Source: Marsupella aquatica
Lineage: Eukaryota > Plantae > Marchantiophyta
Assembly: GCA_973895155.1 (NCBI GenBank)
Contig: OZ316895.1
Location: 21,836,558 to 21,900,557 of the forward strand
Direction: 5' to 3'
Length of the DNA: 64,000 bases
A model generated the notes under the pieces. The model saw only the letters and a program-made list of their open reading frames with translations, made no database searches and was not told the origin of the DNA. This document shows, one piece after another, positions 1-12,529 of this stretch. The position numbers and the translations under genes are program-made. How positions within the stretch are numbered: the stretch's first letter is position 1; each line of letters opens with the position of its first letter.

Positions 1-759
1 TGAAATGCGTTGGCGAAAGTGCGTGGTGAAAACAGATAGCGGGGGCCCGGTGGGACCCATCCGGCCGTGAACATCCCGAGCAGCTTGGCGAAGAAGCCCG
101 TCGAACTGATGATGGAGACGCCCAAATATCTCAAGAGCAAGGGGCAGGAAGCTATCAGATGAAGCACGTGCAGCATATTTGGCCTCCTTCGTTGTTGCTG
201 CTCGTGATGCTGCTGCCCCTGCCGTTGTTGCCGCTGTCCCAATGATGTCTTGGCGCAATGGGTTTGCCACCACTACATCTGCCAAAGTACGGTGACCGTC
301 ACGGACCATGGTAAGATCCACCCGTAACCGCTGTGATGGAGGACCAGGTAACTCGAGCACCACCTCCCGCCGCGCGCAGACCAAAGCGCCAGAGAGAACC
401 TGAGCAGTCGCATCTCTCACAGCGTCGTGAACAAAAATGGTTTCGCCGCCCAAACTGCATCGAAGAAGATGGACACCTGTGGCATCACAAGGCTTCCCAC
501 AAGTGCAAGTAGGAGGCAAACCAGCAAGAAGTGGGTGGGGCAAGCCCATACGAAGACGCATGGCTGTCGCAAACTCCGCTGAAGACATCCGCAGGTGAGG
601 AATGACTGGATTGGCCTGAAGCCAGCCTCCTGCGCCCTTCCCTCCGGAAGAAAGAATCCGAGCTCGGTCCGTGTCAGGTGCCTCGGTGAGGATGCTGGAA
701 AGGGTGAAAGCGTGCATACGCCCAGCAAGGTCTGCCTGAAGACGGACGGGGTCCAAGGA
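1..759 (-). mobile_element. C-terminal part of an RLE-type (CRE-like) non-LTR retrotransposon ORF: CCHC zinc knuckle plus restriction-like endonuclease; runs off the window edge
   Basis: Manual minus-strand translation is stop-free from 765 to 1: ...DRARILSSGGKGAGGWLQANP...EFATAMRLRMGLP...CTCGKPCDATGVHLLRC...VHDAVRD...RVDLTM...LADVVVANP...KEAKY...FLPLALEIFG...FRQRIS. These are the GAGxWL, FxxAxRLRxG, CCHC, HD, PD/D-type catalytic, KxxKY and PxAxExFG motifs of RLE elements. Probably absent from the ORF track because its stop lies outside the window. Confidence 0.85.
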
Positions 760-2510
760 TAAAAACTATAATACAAGGTTGCGCCTTTTTATGCAGTGGT
801 CGTCATTCAAAAATACAGTGCCAAGAAAAGAAATAACCAATAAATAGAAGGGATAAAACCAAAAGAAATTAAATACAGTGTGAACCAAAAAGTACAGTAA
901 ATCTTTTCACACAAACAGTAATCAATTGGTGTACACAAAAAACAAAAAATGTAACTAACCCCTTTTCACACAAAAAAGAATCTAATGGTGGGAACAAAAG
1001 ACAAAAATGTACCTAACCCAGTTGTATGCAAGAGTATCATAAGTGATATACCATATCCTCTAAAAATGGATATGGTATTATTTACAAACTCAAGAAAAAA
1101 TGGGAACAATCCTAGGTCTTAAGTAAAAATTTGTTTTTCTGTAAATGTAGGATCCATCCATATCTCTATTAATCTGGATTACCTCTGCCCAAGCTACCCA
1201 TAACCTACCTCAACCCAACCAAGATAAAAAATAAAAAATTGAATATTATTAAAAAATAATTATTCAAATTGAGACTTAAAGAATTGGATAAGAACTTTAA
1301 AGTTTGAAAAAACTTGAGTATTAATAATGTATATATGATATTAATTTCTCTAAAATTTTAAAATTTAAAATAATTTTTTCTATCACTTGGTTGTGCTTGG
1401 ACTCTATGTTGCCGTGACTATTATCTCAGCCTCCGATTTCTATGTGCAGTGCACGAGTTGTTGCACACCATCACAACAACTCTACCTTGCCTTGACATAT
1501 TTTTCTCATCTCGCCATTTTTTCTGACATTGACATTATCTCATGACAATTTTTTCTCACCCTCAACATCATTTAGGTCCTTGATATATTTTCTCACCTGA
1601 CTTGACATCTTTTCTCACCACAACATCTTTCCCTCACCCTCAACATATTTTCTCTCCTCAACGTCATTTTCTCACCTCACCATGTTTTTTCTCTCCTCAA
1701 CATCACCTTGACTTCTTTGTCTCACCTCAACATCTCTTTTTGTCATTGACATTTGTTTTCACCTCGAAATCTGACCTATTTCTCAACTTCACATTTTTAT
1801 CTCACCACAACATCTTTCCCTCACCCTCAACATCTTTTCCTCATCTTCACATATTTTTCTCACATCGCCATCTTTTCTCTCCTTGACATAGTTTTTGCTC
1901 TAATTATTTTTCTTAGCTCAACATCTCTTTTTCTCATCAACATCTTTGTTCACCTCGACATCTTTTTCTCACCTCCACTTCTTTTTCTCACTTCAACTTC
2001 TTTTTCTCACCTCAACATATTTCTCTCATCACACCATCTTTTGTGCAACTTTTGTCTTAACAACGTCTTTTTTACTTAATGACAACTTTTCTCTTAACGA
2101 CATCTTGGGCAACGTGGCATTTCTTTTCTTAAGGACATATTGGGCGCCACAACATCTTGGGTACAACAATATCATTTTTCTTAAGTACATCTTTGGTGTC
2201 ACAACATTTTTCTTCTCAACAACATCTTGGGTGACACAATATATTTTTTCTTCATTAATGACACATTGGGTGACACAACATTTTTTTTCTTCATGACATC
2301 TTCAGTTGGGCGACACTACATTTTCTTTCTTAACGACATCTTGGGCGACACCACATCTTTTTTTCTTAACAACATCTTGGGCGACACAACATATTTGTTC
2401 TTAACAACATCTTGGGCGACACATCATCTTTTTGTCTTAGCGACATCTTAGAGGACACGACATCTTGGGCGACACGACATCTTTTGTGCAACGCACGGGT
2501 ATTGAGCTAG
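760..2510 (+). mobile_element. Non-autonomous Helitron-like element (~1.75 kb)
   Basis: 3' end GTGCAACGCACGGG-tattgag-CTAG followed by T (CTAG 2507-2510), the typical plant Helitron hairpin + CTRR end. The 5' end (AAACTATAATACA..GTTGCGCCTTTTT..GTGGTCGTCATT) matches a second copy at 63745. Flanked by A759 and T2511 with no TSD. The 5' end reads TA rather than the canonical TC. Confidence 0.65.
1490..2485. repeat. Degenerate pyrimidine-rich minisatellite (ACATCTTTTTCTCACCTC-type units grading into ~31-bp ACATCTTGGGCGACACAAC units)
   Basis: Many visible imperfect copies of caacatc/gacatc-ttttctc and acatcttgggcgacac; lies inside the Helitron-like element. Confidence 0.8.
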
Positions 2511-2891
2511 TGGGTATATGAAATGTCGTTGATTCTCGGATCCGAAGTATAGAGTTAGCGCGAAGTCAGAGCGGGTTGACCTGAACTGATAGCTCGAGAC
2601 GAGGCCACTGTTGATAATTAAGTGGAACAGCAGATCTCTCGTGCACAGCAGCTGCACGAGGCCGCGAGCAAACCAGCAATTGTTCAGTAAAAGCTGTAGC
2701 TGCATGGTCAATACCCAAACGTGTTTCGCATTGATAATCCCACGATACATCCGTTGCTCCCGCAACCTGGAATCGAGACCAAAGGCACAAGAAAACCTTG
2801 TCCATAGAGCGCCATCAAAAGCTTGGATAAGTGAGAATAAGGGTGGCTTTACAATAGTGGGGGAGGTATATGCTTCGTGGGACCTTGTCAA
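2511..2891 (-). mobile_element. Probable degenerate upstream continuation of the RLE retrotransposon ORF
   Basis: Open frame (part of track ORF 2448..2891) that joins in frame to 1-759 when 760-2510 is removed (..RHFIYP|SLDPVRLQ..). PPLFSLIQAFDGALWTRF weakly resembles the post-RT region of such elements. Confidence 0.4.
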
Positions 2892-3514
2892 AACAAATTT
2901 AATTGAAAGACCCTACTAAACCAACCTTTGTTATAAACTAGGCCCCCCACAAAAATGTTATTACAAACTAGGCCCCTACATTATGGTTTTTATGTGGTGC
3001 CCCCTACATAGGTTCCCTACACATGGTTTTTATGTGGTGTCTAATGATTGCATGGTTAACCATATATTTTTCACCATAATCCATCACACATTGTGTAGCA
3101 GTCCACCGCGCCTACATCTATGCTTGAACACATAATGGCTTATGTCTTCAAATGATTATAGAGTACTTATTTATTTATGATACTAAGAGTAAGAGTTTTT
3201 GTGTATCTTTACGGACCCCCATGAGAAGTCTCTTGCAAATTCCTTGCCACAAGGTTGCGCCACATCAACACAACCAGCCACAAACAGGAAAGATCTTAAT
3301 TATGACAGTAACAAAAGGACACATTCCTGTTTGTGGCAAAAGAAGTGTAATTTTTGGGGCGCCATGCCGTAAATATTGAACGTAAAAAAAACAGAATAGA
3401 AAGGAATAGATGTCATTTAGTAAAATAAAATTACCATTCTAATGATTGTCAATGATATATCAGTGTTTTATATCAAAATGGTTGTATTTTTAAATTATTT
3501 TTAAATCTCTCAAA

Positions 3515-3900
3515 ATCACATTCATTGGAAACTAAGCTAGAGCAAAATTAAAAACTCATCATCTCCTTAATACTTGACAAAATCTATCAATGTTAAGTTC
3601 ATTGGAAAGCTAGAGAAATTCACCTACTCATGATCTCTTTAATTCTTGACGAATACTTCCAATGTCACACATTAGAAAACTAGAGAGATTGAAAACCTCA
3701 TGATCTCTTTAGTACCGTGACAAAATCTGACATGAAATTTGTCAATGTCGGACTTAATGTTGAAAAGCTAAAAGAATTCATGAACTCATGATCCAAAAAA
3801 TTTATTGTCACACTCATTGGAAAGACAAAGATATTCAAAAACTCATTTGGAACTTGACAAAAATTGTCAATCCGAGACTCATTGGAAACCTTTTCTCTAT
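3515..3900. repeat. Degenerate AT-rich tandem repeat (~70-100-bp units)
   Basis: Recurrent CATTGGAAA..AGCTAGAG..ACTCATGATCTC..CTTGACAAAA blocks. Confidence 0.6.
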
Positions 3901-4938
3901 TAAGAGACATCACAATCCCGTCACTGTCACAAACTTAGCCACTGCAAATTGATTTCTTTGATTACGTTGTCATTGCTTGCCCGCAATGTTTGCTTCCTGA
4001 CTTGAATTGTTCGCGTCCCTCTAGGCTTCAACGAAGCTCACTCTGAACATAGGCTGACGCCAAATGTAGCCTCGGTGTCAAAGAAACAATTGTTGGTCTC
4101 CCCCTCACACAATAGCTTTCTTAAATTAAAAAAATTACAAAACCTGTATGTGAAGTGATGACTTGTCAGTTTTGTGCATTCTTCCCACCAAAATGACAAG
4201 CACCCTTTAGCCAACAGTTGAGTGATGTTCTCCAGTCTGTCTTGTGGCGATAATTCTCAACGTAACTCACAATCAATCAGGAATGATAGAAACACGATTT
4301 CTCCAATGTTTGAGCAAAAACCGTCCAAAAAATTCTGACACATTCGACCTTTGGTTTGATGAACCAAAGAGATCATCTCAACCAGATTGATCTCCTTTAT
4401 CTTTTCGAGCATTCTCTTTGGTACGAGCATACACCAAGATCAGTGGGAGACTCAAAACCATCGGTTACCGCCTTGTAGAAAATTGATTTCAATTTATCAA
4501 ACACATTCCTTGGATGAACATGGGGGTCCACGGATTAATTTTATGGTCCCAGCCTCTTGTAAAGCTATCTGCAGCAAGTGGTGCTCTAGCAAGACAGTTG
4601 CTAAGCGACAAGTAATGGACCCACTCCATCCACCTGACAGTCACATAATTACAGTAGTTCTTTGGCTAATGCCCCTTCTAAGGTGGCTTTATAAGACCTT
4701 ATGGCAGTTTCAACTTTTGTCTGGTTTTCAACATGTGATCGCGGCCATCTATTTGGGATATACAACTACAATTTTCTTTACAAATTAATGAGGGCAGGTA
4801 CCAACCCTGGAATGGAGTGGGACCCAAATTTTGCTTGATATGTTGAGCACATTTTTGTCCCAATTTAGAAAGTCTCTGTTGGAGATCTCATCATCTAGCC
4901 TCTTGGTCCATTTCAATTTTGAATAATTTGCATTAAAA

Positions 4939-5117
4939 GAAGGTATGTGCTTGATAGACCCCCAAAATGAAACTTGTTACTTGATCGACCCCCCAGGTCT
5001 ATGAATGGCCCAGATCTGAGATCGAAAGGTCCATCAATGGTCCAGATTGGGGAAATGTATTGAGGGGGTTGATTAAGCAAACTTTTTCCAGAAGGGGGTC
5101 TACTAAGCATATCCCTC
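4939..5117. mobile_element. Mutator-like MITE (~180 bp)
   Basis: Imperfect ~55-bp TIRs (GAAGGTATGTGCTTGATAGACCCCC... / ...GGGGGTCTACTAAGCATATCCCTC) flanked by direct repeat CATTAAAA(G) at 4931-4939 and 5118-5126. Confidence 0.75.
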
Positions 5118-6190
5118 CATTAAAAGTGGACCCTTGAGCCCTTCATCAGATAGTTGACTACAAAAACTGCAGGTCAAGGTATCTTTGCAACAACAATTGT
5201 GCAATGTTCACTTGGGCATTGTCTGCATGGTCATAACAATCTTACACTATGGGTGCAGTGACACCGTAGCAGCAACGGTTGCATGATGGTGATGAAAACA
5301 TGGCTGCAATGACATGTCAGATGCCTCAGGAATTTCTTTGTCACATCTGCATTTCTTTGCCTTGCCTGCACATCTTTTGCAAAACGCATGAGCATTGGGT
5401 TAGTCACATTTGAATAATTTACTCAGGGGACCTTGAGCCATTGATTGGAGCTGGTAGAGTATATCAAACACCTACTGGTCTCAAGTGATCACATTCACAT
5501 GGGGATCAACTATCACATATTGAGTTTGTGTACATATGTTTGTTTTGATTATATATTTGTGTCCAGATATTTATTAAAATCAACCAGTCCTTTTGATTGA
5601 AAGGAGATTCACAGGAGAGAATATCCATCTTTTGATCCTTCAAGAAAAAAAGTTTGGTAGTGAGATCCACAAAGTGTATCTCTAGACGTTATCCATTAAG
5701 TCTATCTCTGGTGTTTGTCAAAAATTGATTTGTGTGCCTGTCCTTCCATAGGCACCTTTCAAATCTTACTAATAAAGCGCGAACTGCAAATTACTTTTCA
5801 CAAGCTAGGGTCTAGAGTGAAATCTCTAGACCGTAATTCTATGGTCATCATGTGCATGGTCATCATGTACATGGGAAAAACTTATGACATGAATGTGATG
5901 TATATACATGTCAGTTTTATATGATAATTTTTAAATATTTACATTAAAAATATATAGGTAGTATGGCCCCACCACAACATATGTGCATAGAACATGAATG
6001 TGCATACAAAAAGCCTGTGCACATCAAGGAGAATGATATATTATATATGACTATTAAAATGATGGGTTTTGTTTTATCATTTCATTAATCTTCAAAGAAT
6101 ATGAATCAAAAATATATTTTGATAATTCTTTTATTGTCCTCTCCGCTATTCACGTTCAAAGAACGGATAGTCGGGGCTAGTCCATTGTAA

Positions 6191-6429
6191 GAGCATCTCC
6201 AGCCGGTTTGTTACAATAACTGGGGGTTAACCAAACCCAATAAAGAATGCCAAAAGTCACATCCAACCCACTCATTGGCAAGTTATCAGGGTTTCTGGAA
6301 CATTTGATCTGGTTACCGGATCTGTATATATAATCTGGCTGACTATTTATTGGGTTTGTTGCTGGGTTTTCAACATTTCAATGTACTAGGGATTTGGAGA
6401 CTGATACCTCCTGTTTAGAAAGATGATCT
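6191..6429. mobile_element. Possible Tourist/PIF-Harbinger MITE remnant
   Basis: TAA followed by GAGCATCTCCA, a typical Tourist terminus; the other end is only a degenerate AAAGATGATCT. Confidence 0.35.
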
Positions 6430-7261
6430 TGGGTTGGGGTTTCTTTTCAGTTGGTCGTGATAGCTAATGAGCTTAGGACGTACCCTCTAAGCAAAATGGA
6501 CTGGGTATTTGACGTACTTAGACTTGAGCAAAACGCAGTTGAGTTGGACATGCTCTAACCAAGAAGAGAGCATACATTGCAGCCATTGCAAATAGAAGGA
6601 GTATGAATTAGGACAAGGGAAAAAGTACGTATAGTTGGTACAGTTTAGAATAATGCATTGCAAATTATTCTTCAAACATATATATGTTTATACAAATGCG
6701 TCTCCAATTATTGGTGCCTGGAAGTCTACAAAAGATCGCGTCCACCATAAAACAGGTTTGCATATGCAGTGTCGTTTAAATTATGTGCATGTCAGCCTCT
6801 TCCTTTTGGAAAAAAGATTGAAAAGATGATGGGTACGGCTTTCCAGGTCACGGGTTTTAATTTCCTAGGAAAATCTTCAATTGGTTTCACCTCAGTCCTT
6901 TCTCCAATGTATATAGCTGGCCCATTCTACTAGATCAATATTTTGTTTAATTATAAATATGGAAGTAAAAAACATTTTCTTATCTTATTGGAGAATATTA
7001 AATGTTTCATGATTGACAAAATAAAATTAAAAACTTAGACATCAATAGTTAAAATAATGTCAACACAAGATAAGGAAACAGAGTGGGTGATAAGATAGAT
7101 AGTGACAGACCAGGATAGCACTTTTAGGCATGGATCAATAACTATCCTTATGAGGTACTAGATAATTACTTGTGTGTTGCACAAAACATGTGATTGCAAA
7201 AATATGTTCTGTGAAAACATGCCGTCAGATGTGGACACAAAAGATAATTATTGTTTATTTG

Positions 7262-7860
7262 CTTTTTTTCAAAACGGGGGAGGGCTGGAAACGCAGAACA
7301 CAACCGAGGGACGAAAACAGCCCAAGGGGGAGAGCCCAGAGGACCAACCCAACCAAGCACTGCCATACAAACCACCCTAACCAACCAGGCCAGGAATCCT
7401 GGGAGAGCCACCTGTACATGGCCAGCCCAGAGTTCCTTCTTCTAAAACTATATGTTTCCCTATCACTACTCATGCTCACTATAAAAGCTTGTGATATGGT
7501 GCTCATGTGTACATTGCTCCAAATTGTGGTGAAAACCCCAGGAAACTTGGAGAGTATTAACTTGATATAGATTTAACCTTGGGTCTCTTCATCAATCCAT
7601 CTTCCCTGGGATTGCCAAAGGTCTGACAGCTTCTTAATTCCTTTATTTGCCTAGGATTGTCTCAGTCCCCCATTTGATTGTGTCTTGCATACAGAAAGAC
7701 AGTCTGCTCAGTAGAGAGGGTATTCTGGAGCTTACCATTGCTAACTTTGAACTTGAGAAATGCCTCTTCTCATACCAACCCCTAAGGAGTCCCCTCATCA
7801 TAAAAGACCCTTCAATGGCCAGCTCATTTGTCAGAAGGAGGGTTTCAGCGGGGGACACTG
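7262..7860 (-). mobile_element. Possible degenerate LINE 3' fragment
   Basis: Short A-tail on the minus strand (T run 7263-7269) after a GT-rich UTR-like stretch. The peptide SPAETLLLTNELAIEGSFMMRGLLRGWYEKR resembles LINE ORF2 linker regions. Many stops. Confidence 0.35.
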
Positions 7861-8910
7861 TGCGTTAAATCTACAATGAGTAAATGCATGCCCGTCCTAG
7901 TCCCCAATACTCCTTCCCCTTCCGGACCGAGTTTGTCAGAACATAAATCAAAACTCTATCATTTTGTCACCTATTCTGACCCGATCAACTTTGTGCTATC
8001 AACTTGGGGTATTGAATGAAGGAGTGTATCTGACTGGACATCATCTATCTCCCTGTCTACAAATGAAATCCCCAAACTCGGTATTTTGTGGCTTCATTCC
8101 ATCTCTCTAAAGTGTCTTGGCCACTTTTGGCCAAAATAGCTAGGTTTTTTGTGTTCCAATAGAAACCGCCATAATGTAACCGTTACCCTTAAATGTTGTG
8201 ATATGGGACATCAAATATGAATCCTGGAAAATTCAATAAGGAAATTTCCTCACATCTTCTCCTTCACACAGGGAGACATTTGCCACCCTATCCATAAAAC
8301 ATGCCAATGTTCCTAAATTGCACGATTCTATCTGACTGGACACCAACTATCTCCATGCATAAGAATCAAGTGCGCAAAACCCGGAATGAAGAAAGGCCAC
8401 ATAATAAAGAAATCGAGGTGCGGAATCACCAACGTAGCGGTAGGAGACTACCCCTATAGACTAGGGGGCCCAATAAAGTGCGAGTCATTATTCGTGCAAC
8501 TTGGCTCTTGAATTTCGCCGAATTCACGACTTCAAGGTCTCATACGTAAGACTGATTTACTGTACAGATACGGCAATCCCATCACCACCATTTATTAATT
8601 TTATTTAGTCACCTGAGAAAGGACAAAGCAAACGTACCACAAAAGTACCACAAAGTCACAAACGTACCACAAACGTACCGCTTGGCTTTTTACTCGCCAC
8701 TGCCCGTCCGTGGAATGATGTGCCCGGCTATGCAGGTGCGAAATTGAGAGATCCGATCACCTGAGAAATCACGAGAACGACATTCGCCCGTCAGCCGTCC
8801 GCTAACTCGAGGCATCTTCCCGGCGGGAGATTTCAGATCATATATCTTCCCGGCGGGAGATTACGCCAAATTTCACACCACTAGGACGTCACTAGGATAA
8901 TATCTTGTGG

Positions 8911-9248
8911 TCAGAACCAAATGATCACAGCTTTGCATCGAAGTATCGTTTTGGGACTTTGGGAAGTCGATCCAAAGGTGGTGTCATGCCTTCAAGTCCC
9001 GATCGATCTTTCATGACCGTAGATGTGGTGATCGGGGACTGGAGTCCTGTACCGATCGGGAGTGGGAGCTTATCAACAGTACGGCGTCTCAGAACCAAAT
9101 GATCACAGCTTTGGATCGAAGTATCGTTTTGGGAAGTCGATCCAAAGCTGGTGTCATGCCTTCAAGTCCCGATCGAATTTTCATGACCGTCGATGTGGTG
9201 ATCGGGACTGGAGCCCTGTACCGATTGGGAGTGGGACTGTGGGAGCTT
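8911..9248. repeat. Two-copy tandem duplication, ~178-bp period
   Basis: TCAGAACCAAATGATCACAGCTTTG...GTCATGCCTTCAAGTCCCGATCGA occurs at ~8911 and ~9088. Confidence 0.9.
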
Positions 9249-10894
9249 ATTGAGAGGAGGGCGTTTCATAAACGAAGAAAACTGGCACCTCACTCAGGGG
9301 CGTCCCTCAAGGAGGTTGGGAGCACCGCAACAGGATACAAACGGATTATTATTTTTTGGGGTACGAACAAATAAGTGGACTCCCTACACATTGAATACTG
9401 TTTTGTTTACTGTGAAATTGGGATCTTTTATAATCCCGGGCTTGATTGATCTGATTTCACAATTGGTGCCCAACCAGTGATGATTGTTCCCAAACTACAA
9501 CATGCCCGGGCACAGTCAAAGCAGATAAATGGACATATTTGAGATGCCCTAGTATCACAGCTGGTGCCAACATTTTAGCCGTGAATTGATATTGCTGGTC
9601 AATATTAGGCGGGATGTGGACCATCTATCCTTTTTGCCAGCGGACAAGATTGCAACCATTTAGTTCTTCAATTGTGTATCACATTGCCAAAGAACAAAAT
9701 GCGGCAAACCTGAACCCAAAGGCAAGAGAAAGCAAGGGCATTTGATCACTTTCTTTTCTACAAGAGAAGCATATGATTGAGATATTTACAGGCCAAATAT
9801 AATACCTTAATTTTCAGTTCAGATGCTTCCATAGAACAGATGGTCTCTCCAAAATAGAGCCACTTGGGTGACTGGGTGACCAATTGCTACTTTGGTTTGC
9901 TTCAAACCAAGTTCCTCCTTCAGCTCTGTTCAAAGCACCTTTCTTGCCGAGAAGAGGAAAAACAATTGGTGTTCTTGGAACCATGGTGCCGGTCAAGGTT
10001 ACCATTATGACCTCTGAGGCACCCACCTCCTTGCCCATTGACAAGATACAAAACAGAGCCCATATTGGTGACTCAATGACCATCCCGGTGATCGGAGGAG
10101 AGACAGGCGAGGAGGAGAGTTGAACCGTCAGACTGAATTTTCCAGGTATTCTGTACTAGAATTTGAGATTGAAATCTGCCATTTACAACCTAGATTTTAT
10201 AAAAACGAAGCCACATGCCTAATTTCTCTAGTGACAGAAAATTCAAAAAATGGATAGGCATGGGTAATATTGGTACACCAGCACCGGTATTGGGGCTTGT
10301 AATTATTTGTGCACTGTGGAGACTGACTGCAACCCCTTATTTGTTTGTTTCCTCGCTAGAAAGAATAATGCTTCACACAAGATGATGGGGATCAGAGGTA
10401 CCCACCACCTCATACAATTAATTAATGACCTTCTTGATTTTTCTCTTTGGAATTTCCAGGGCATCTGCAATGCTTGCCTTGCAAAGTCTTCTATACCCAC
10501 TATAGCGCGCCAAAGAAGGGTATCAATGTAAAGAAAATAATTTTGCTTTCTGTACCGGCACATATGGCAGCCTGGAAAGTCTAAAGTTATTGTTTCGGTA
10601 GTGCTCTGGACATTGTTCAACGTGGTGGGCAGCCCCTCTACTTTAGCTCTTTGGGGTTTTATCCAATTTTTTCTAGATTCCACCTCTCCACAGAGTCTTT
10701 GCCACTTTGGCAAAACTTTGCTAGTGTTTTCATGTCCCGTTTGCCAGTTTCCCACCTAGTCACTGGCCCCATTAGCCAGAATCTAACAGCCCTCCTTAAA
10801 TCTAGAGAGATCTAAAGGTCAGGAAATAATTTGGGAATTTCAGATATAGAATATTCCAAACATTGTCTCCTTTGCACACCTGACATTTGCCACT

Positions 10895-11225
10895 CTGCTA
10901 ATAAGGAGAAACATTAAAGATTAAAGTGGTTAGTGCATATAACCCCCGATGTAACCCTTCCTCAGGAATGTTCAAAAAAGTGCCCCTCTGGCTAATAAGG
11001 AAACACCTTAAAAGATTACACTGGTTAGTATCTACAACCCTTCCTCAGCAATGTTGTAAAAAAATCACTAATCTGGCTAATAAGGAAAATCCTTAAAGAC
11101 TACACTGGTTAGTATCTATAACCTTTCCTCAGCAATGTTGTAAAAAAATCAGGACTCTGGCTAAGAAAGAAAAACCTTAAAGACTACACTGGTTAGTATC
11201 TATAACCCTTCCTCAGGAATGTTCT
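10895..11225. repeat. Minisatellite, 4 copies of ~85-92 bp
   Basis: CTGGCTAATAAGGAAA..TTAAAGA(C)TACACTGGTTAGTATCTATAACCCTTCCTCAG at ~10896, 10988, 11073, 11157. Confidence 0.85.
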
Positions 11226-11235
11226 AACCCTCGTT

Positions 11236-11478
11236 TGACTACTGCATGGCATGGAGGACTCACCCGTCCACACTTTGCAATTTGGTCACTTTTTTCGACT
11301 ACTGCATGGCGTGGAGGACTCACCCGTCCACACTTTTGCAATTTGGTCACTTTTTTTTCGACTACTGCATGGCATGGAGCACTCACCCGTCCAGACTTTG
11401 CAATTTGGTCACTTTTTTTTTTACTACTGCATGGCATGGAGCACTCACCCGTCCACACTTTGCAATTTGGTCACTTTG
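11236..11478. repeat. Minisatellite, 4 copies of ~60-63 bp
   Basis: GACTACTGCATGGCATGGAG(G/C)ACTCACCCGTCCACACTTTGCAATTTGGTCACTTTTT at ~11237, 11297, 11360, 11422. Confidence 0.9.
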
Positions 11479-11799
11479 TTCGAAAACTTCCGACCAGCTT
11501 CCCATAGCGGTTTCGTATTCCGCACGACGGGCTTGAAAAGACGTTTTGTAACTCCTTCCGAAACTCTTGCAGTTTAGTCACCACTTTGGAAAAAGTTCCG
11601 ACCTGCTTTCTCATTTTTCCTCATTTTTCCTCATTTTTCTCATGGCGGTTTCTTAGTGTGCACGACAACTGAGTAACTGACTGCTTCGGAAGTTTCGCAT
11701 CTTCGCATAACGCATGCCCCACCGAAAGAAACGGGATCTCCAGACTCGGAAAGAAGTCAATCGTAGAAAGCTCAACAGAGGTCATCCTGCAATCTCTGG

Positions 11800-12160
11800 A
11801 AAGATGCAATCTCTGGAAAGACAGGCGCTCACAATTGTTATTGATGAGACCAGATCGAACCCTCACAGAGTCATTCACAAATCCTGGGACCTTCTACAGT
11901 AGGACTATACTTGAGCAAGGACTGGGCCCCACATTGTTCCAAAAATTGGACAGGTATATCAAGTCTGGAGATTCACTGACATGTCCTTTGAATGGGGCCA
12001 CCGGATCAAAGGCTCAGGCAGTCATTCATAAATCCTGGCACAGTCGAGGAATTTACTTCCTTCAAGAGTGGGTTTGGCATTGTTCCAAAATGCAGGCTGG
12101 TAAATTCAGGCCTGGAGATGCCTTCAATAACATGTCCTTTGACTATGGCACTTGGGTGCA
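11800..12160 (+). mobile_element. Degenerate LINE ORF2 C-terminal fragment, partly duplicated; homologous to 60420-60580
   Basis: AQAVIHKSWHSRGIYF..W..H..K...GK...G.A...MSFDYG aligns by eye with AQAVIQKSWHQLAIYL..W..H..K..GK..GAALSDMAFNYG, which follows a zf-RVT motif at 60150-60240. Confidence 0.5.
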
Positions 12161-12529
12161 ATTCTCCAAGTACCATTTGTCCCTCTCCGTCCACCATGAA
12201 TGCATTCCCAATTCAGGAGGTGAAGCTGCTCTAAGGCACCTCAACTCTCTGGGTTTTGACTCAAGTCACACTCACACACATTTTCCCAGAAGTAAAGTGG
12301 TGGACATTCAAAAGCTTATTCTATCACTTGTGATCGACATTAGTAACTCACACTTTTGGGCTGCAGATCTTAGTGTGGTGCTTCAGATTTGAAACACCAG
12401 ACCACTGATAGAATTGCACCCGTATCACGGACCCACTCTTAGGTACCCCACCAGTGATTGTTCACTGGCTCGTCTTGTTCCCCAGTAGTTCTGTACGTTG
12501 CCCCTGCTGTAGTTGTTAAATTTGTAGTT

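Noticed and set aside
417-776. Track ORF of 119 aa (-)
   Set aside because: Wrong frame; the meaningful frame is the RLE-encoding one running to position 1.
1602-2451. Several Phe/Ser/Leu-rich ORFs
   Set aside because: By-products of a pyrimidine-rich minisatellite; no domain motifs.
9500-10760. ORFs of 74-150 aa in the repeat-rich region
   Set aside because: No recognisable motifs or splice-consistent model; probably decayed TE sequence, but I could not identify it.
11213-11577. Regular repeats resembling a CRISPR array, and overlapping ORFs
   Set aside because: Units are contiguous with no unique spacers, there are no cas genes, and the context is eukaryotic. The same applies to the 22-kb and 40.6-kb arrays.
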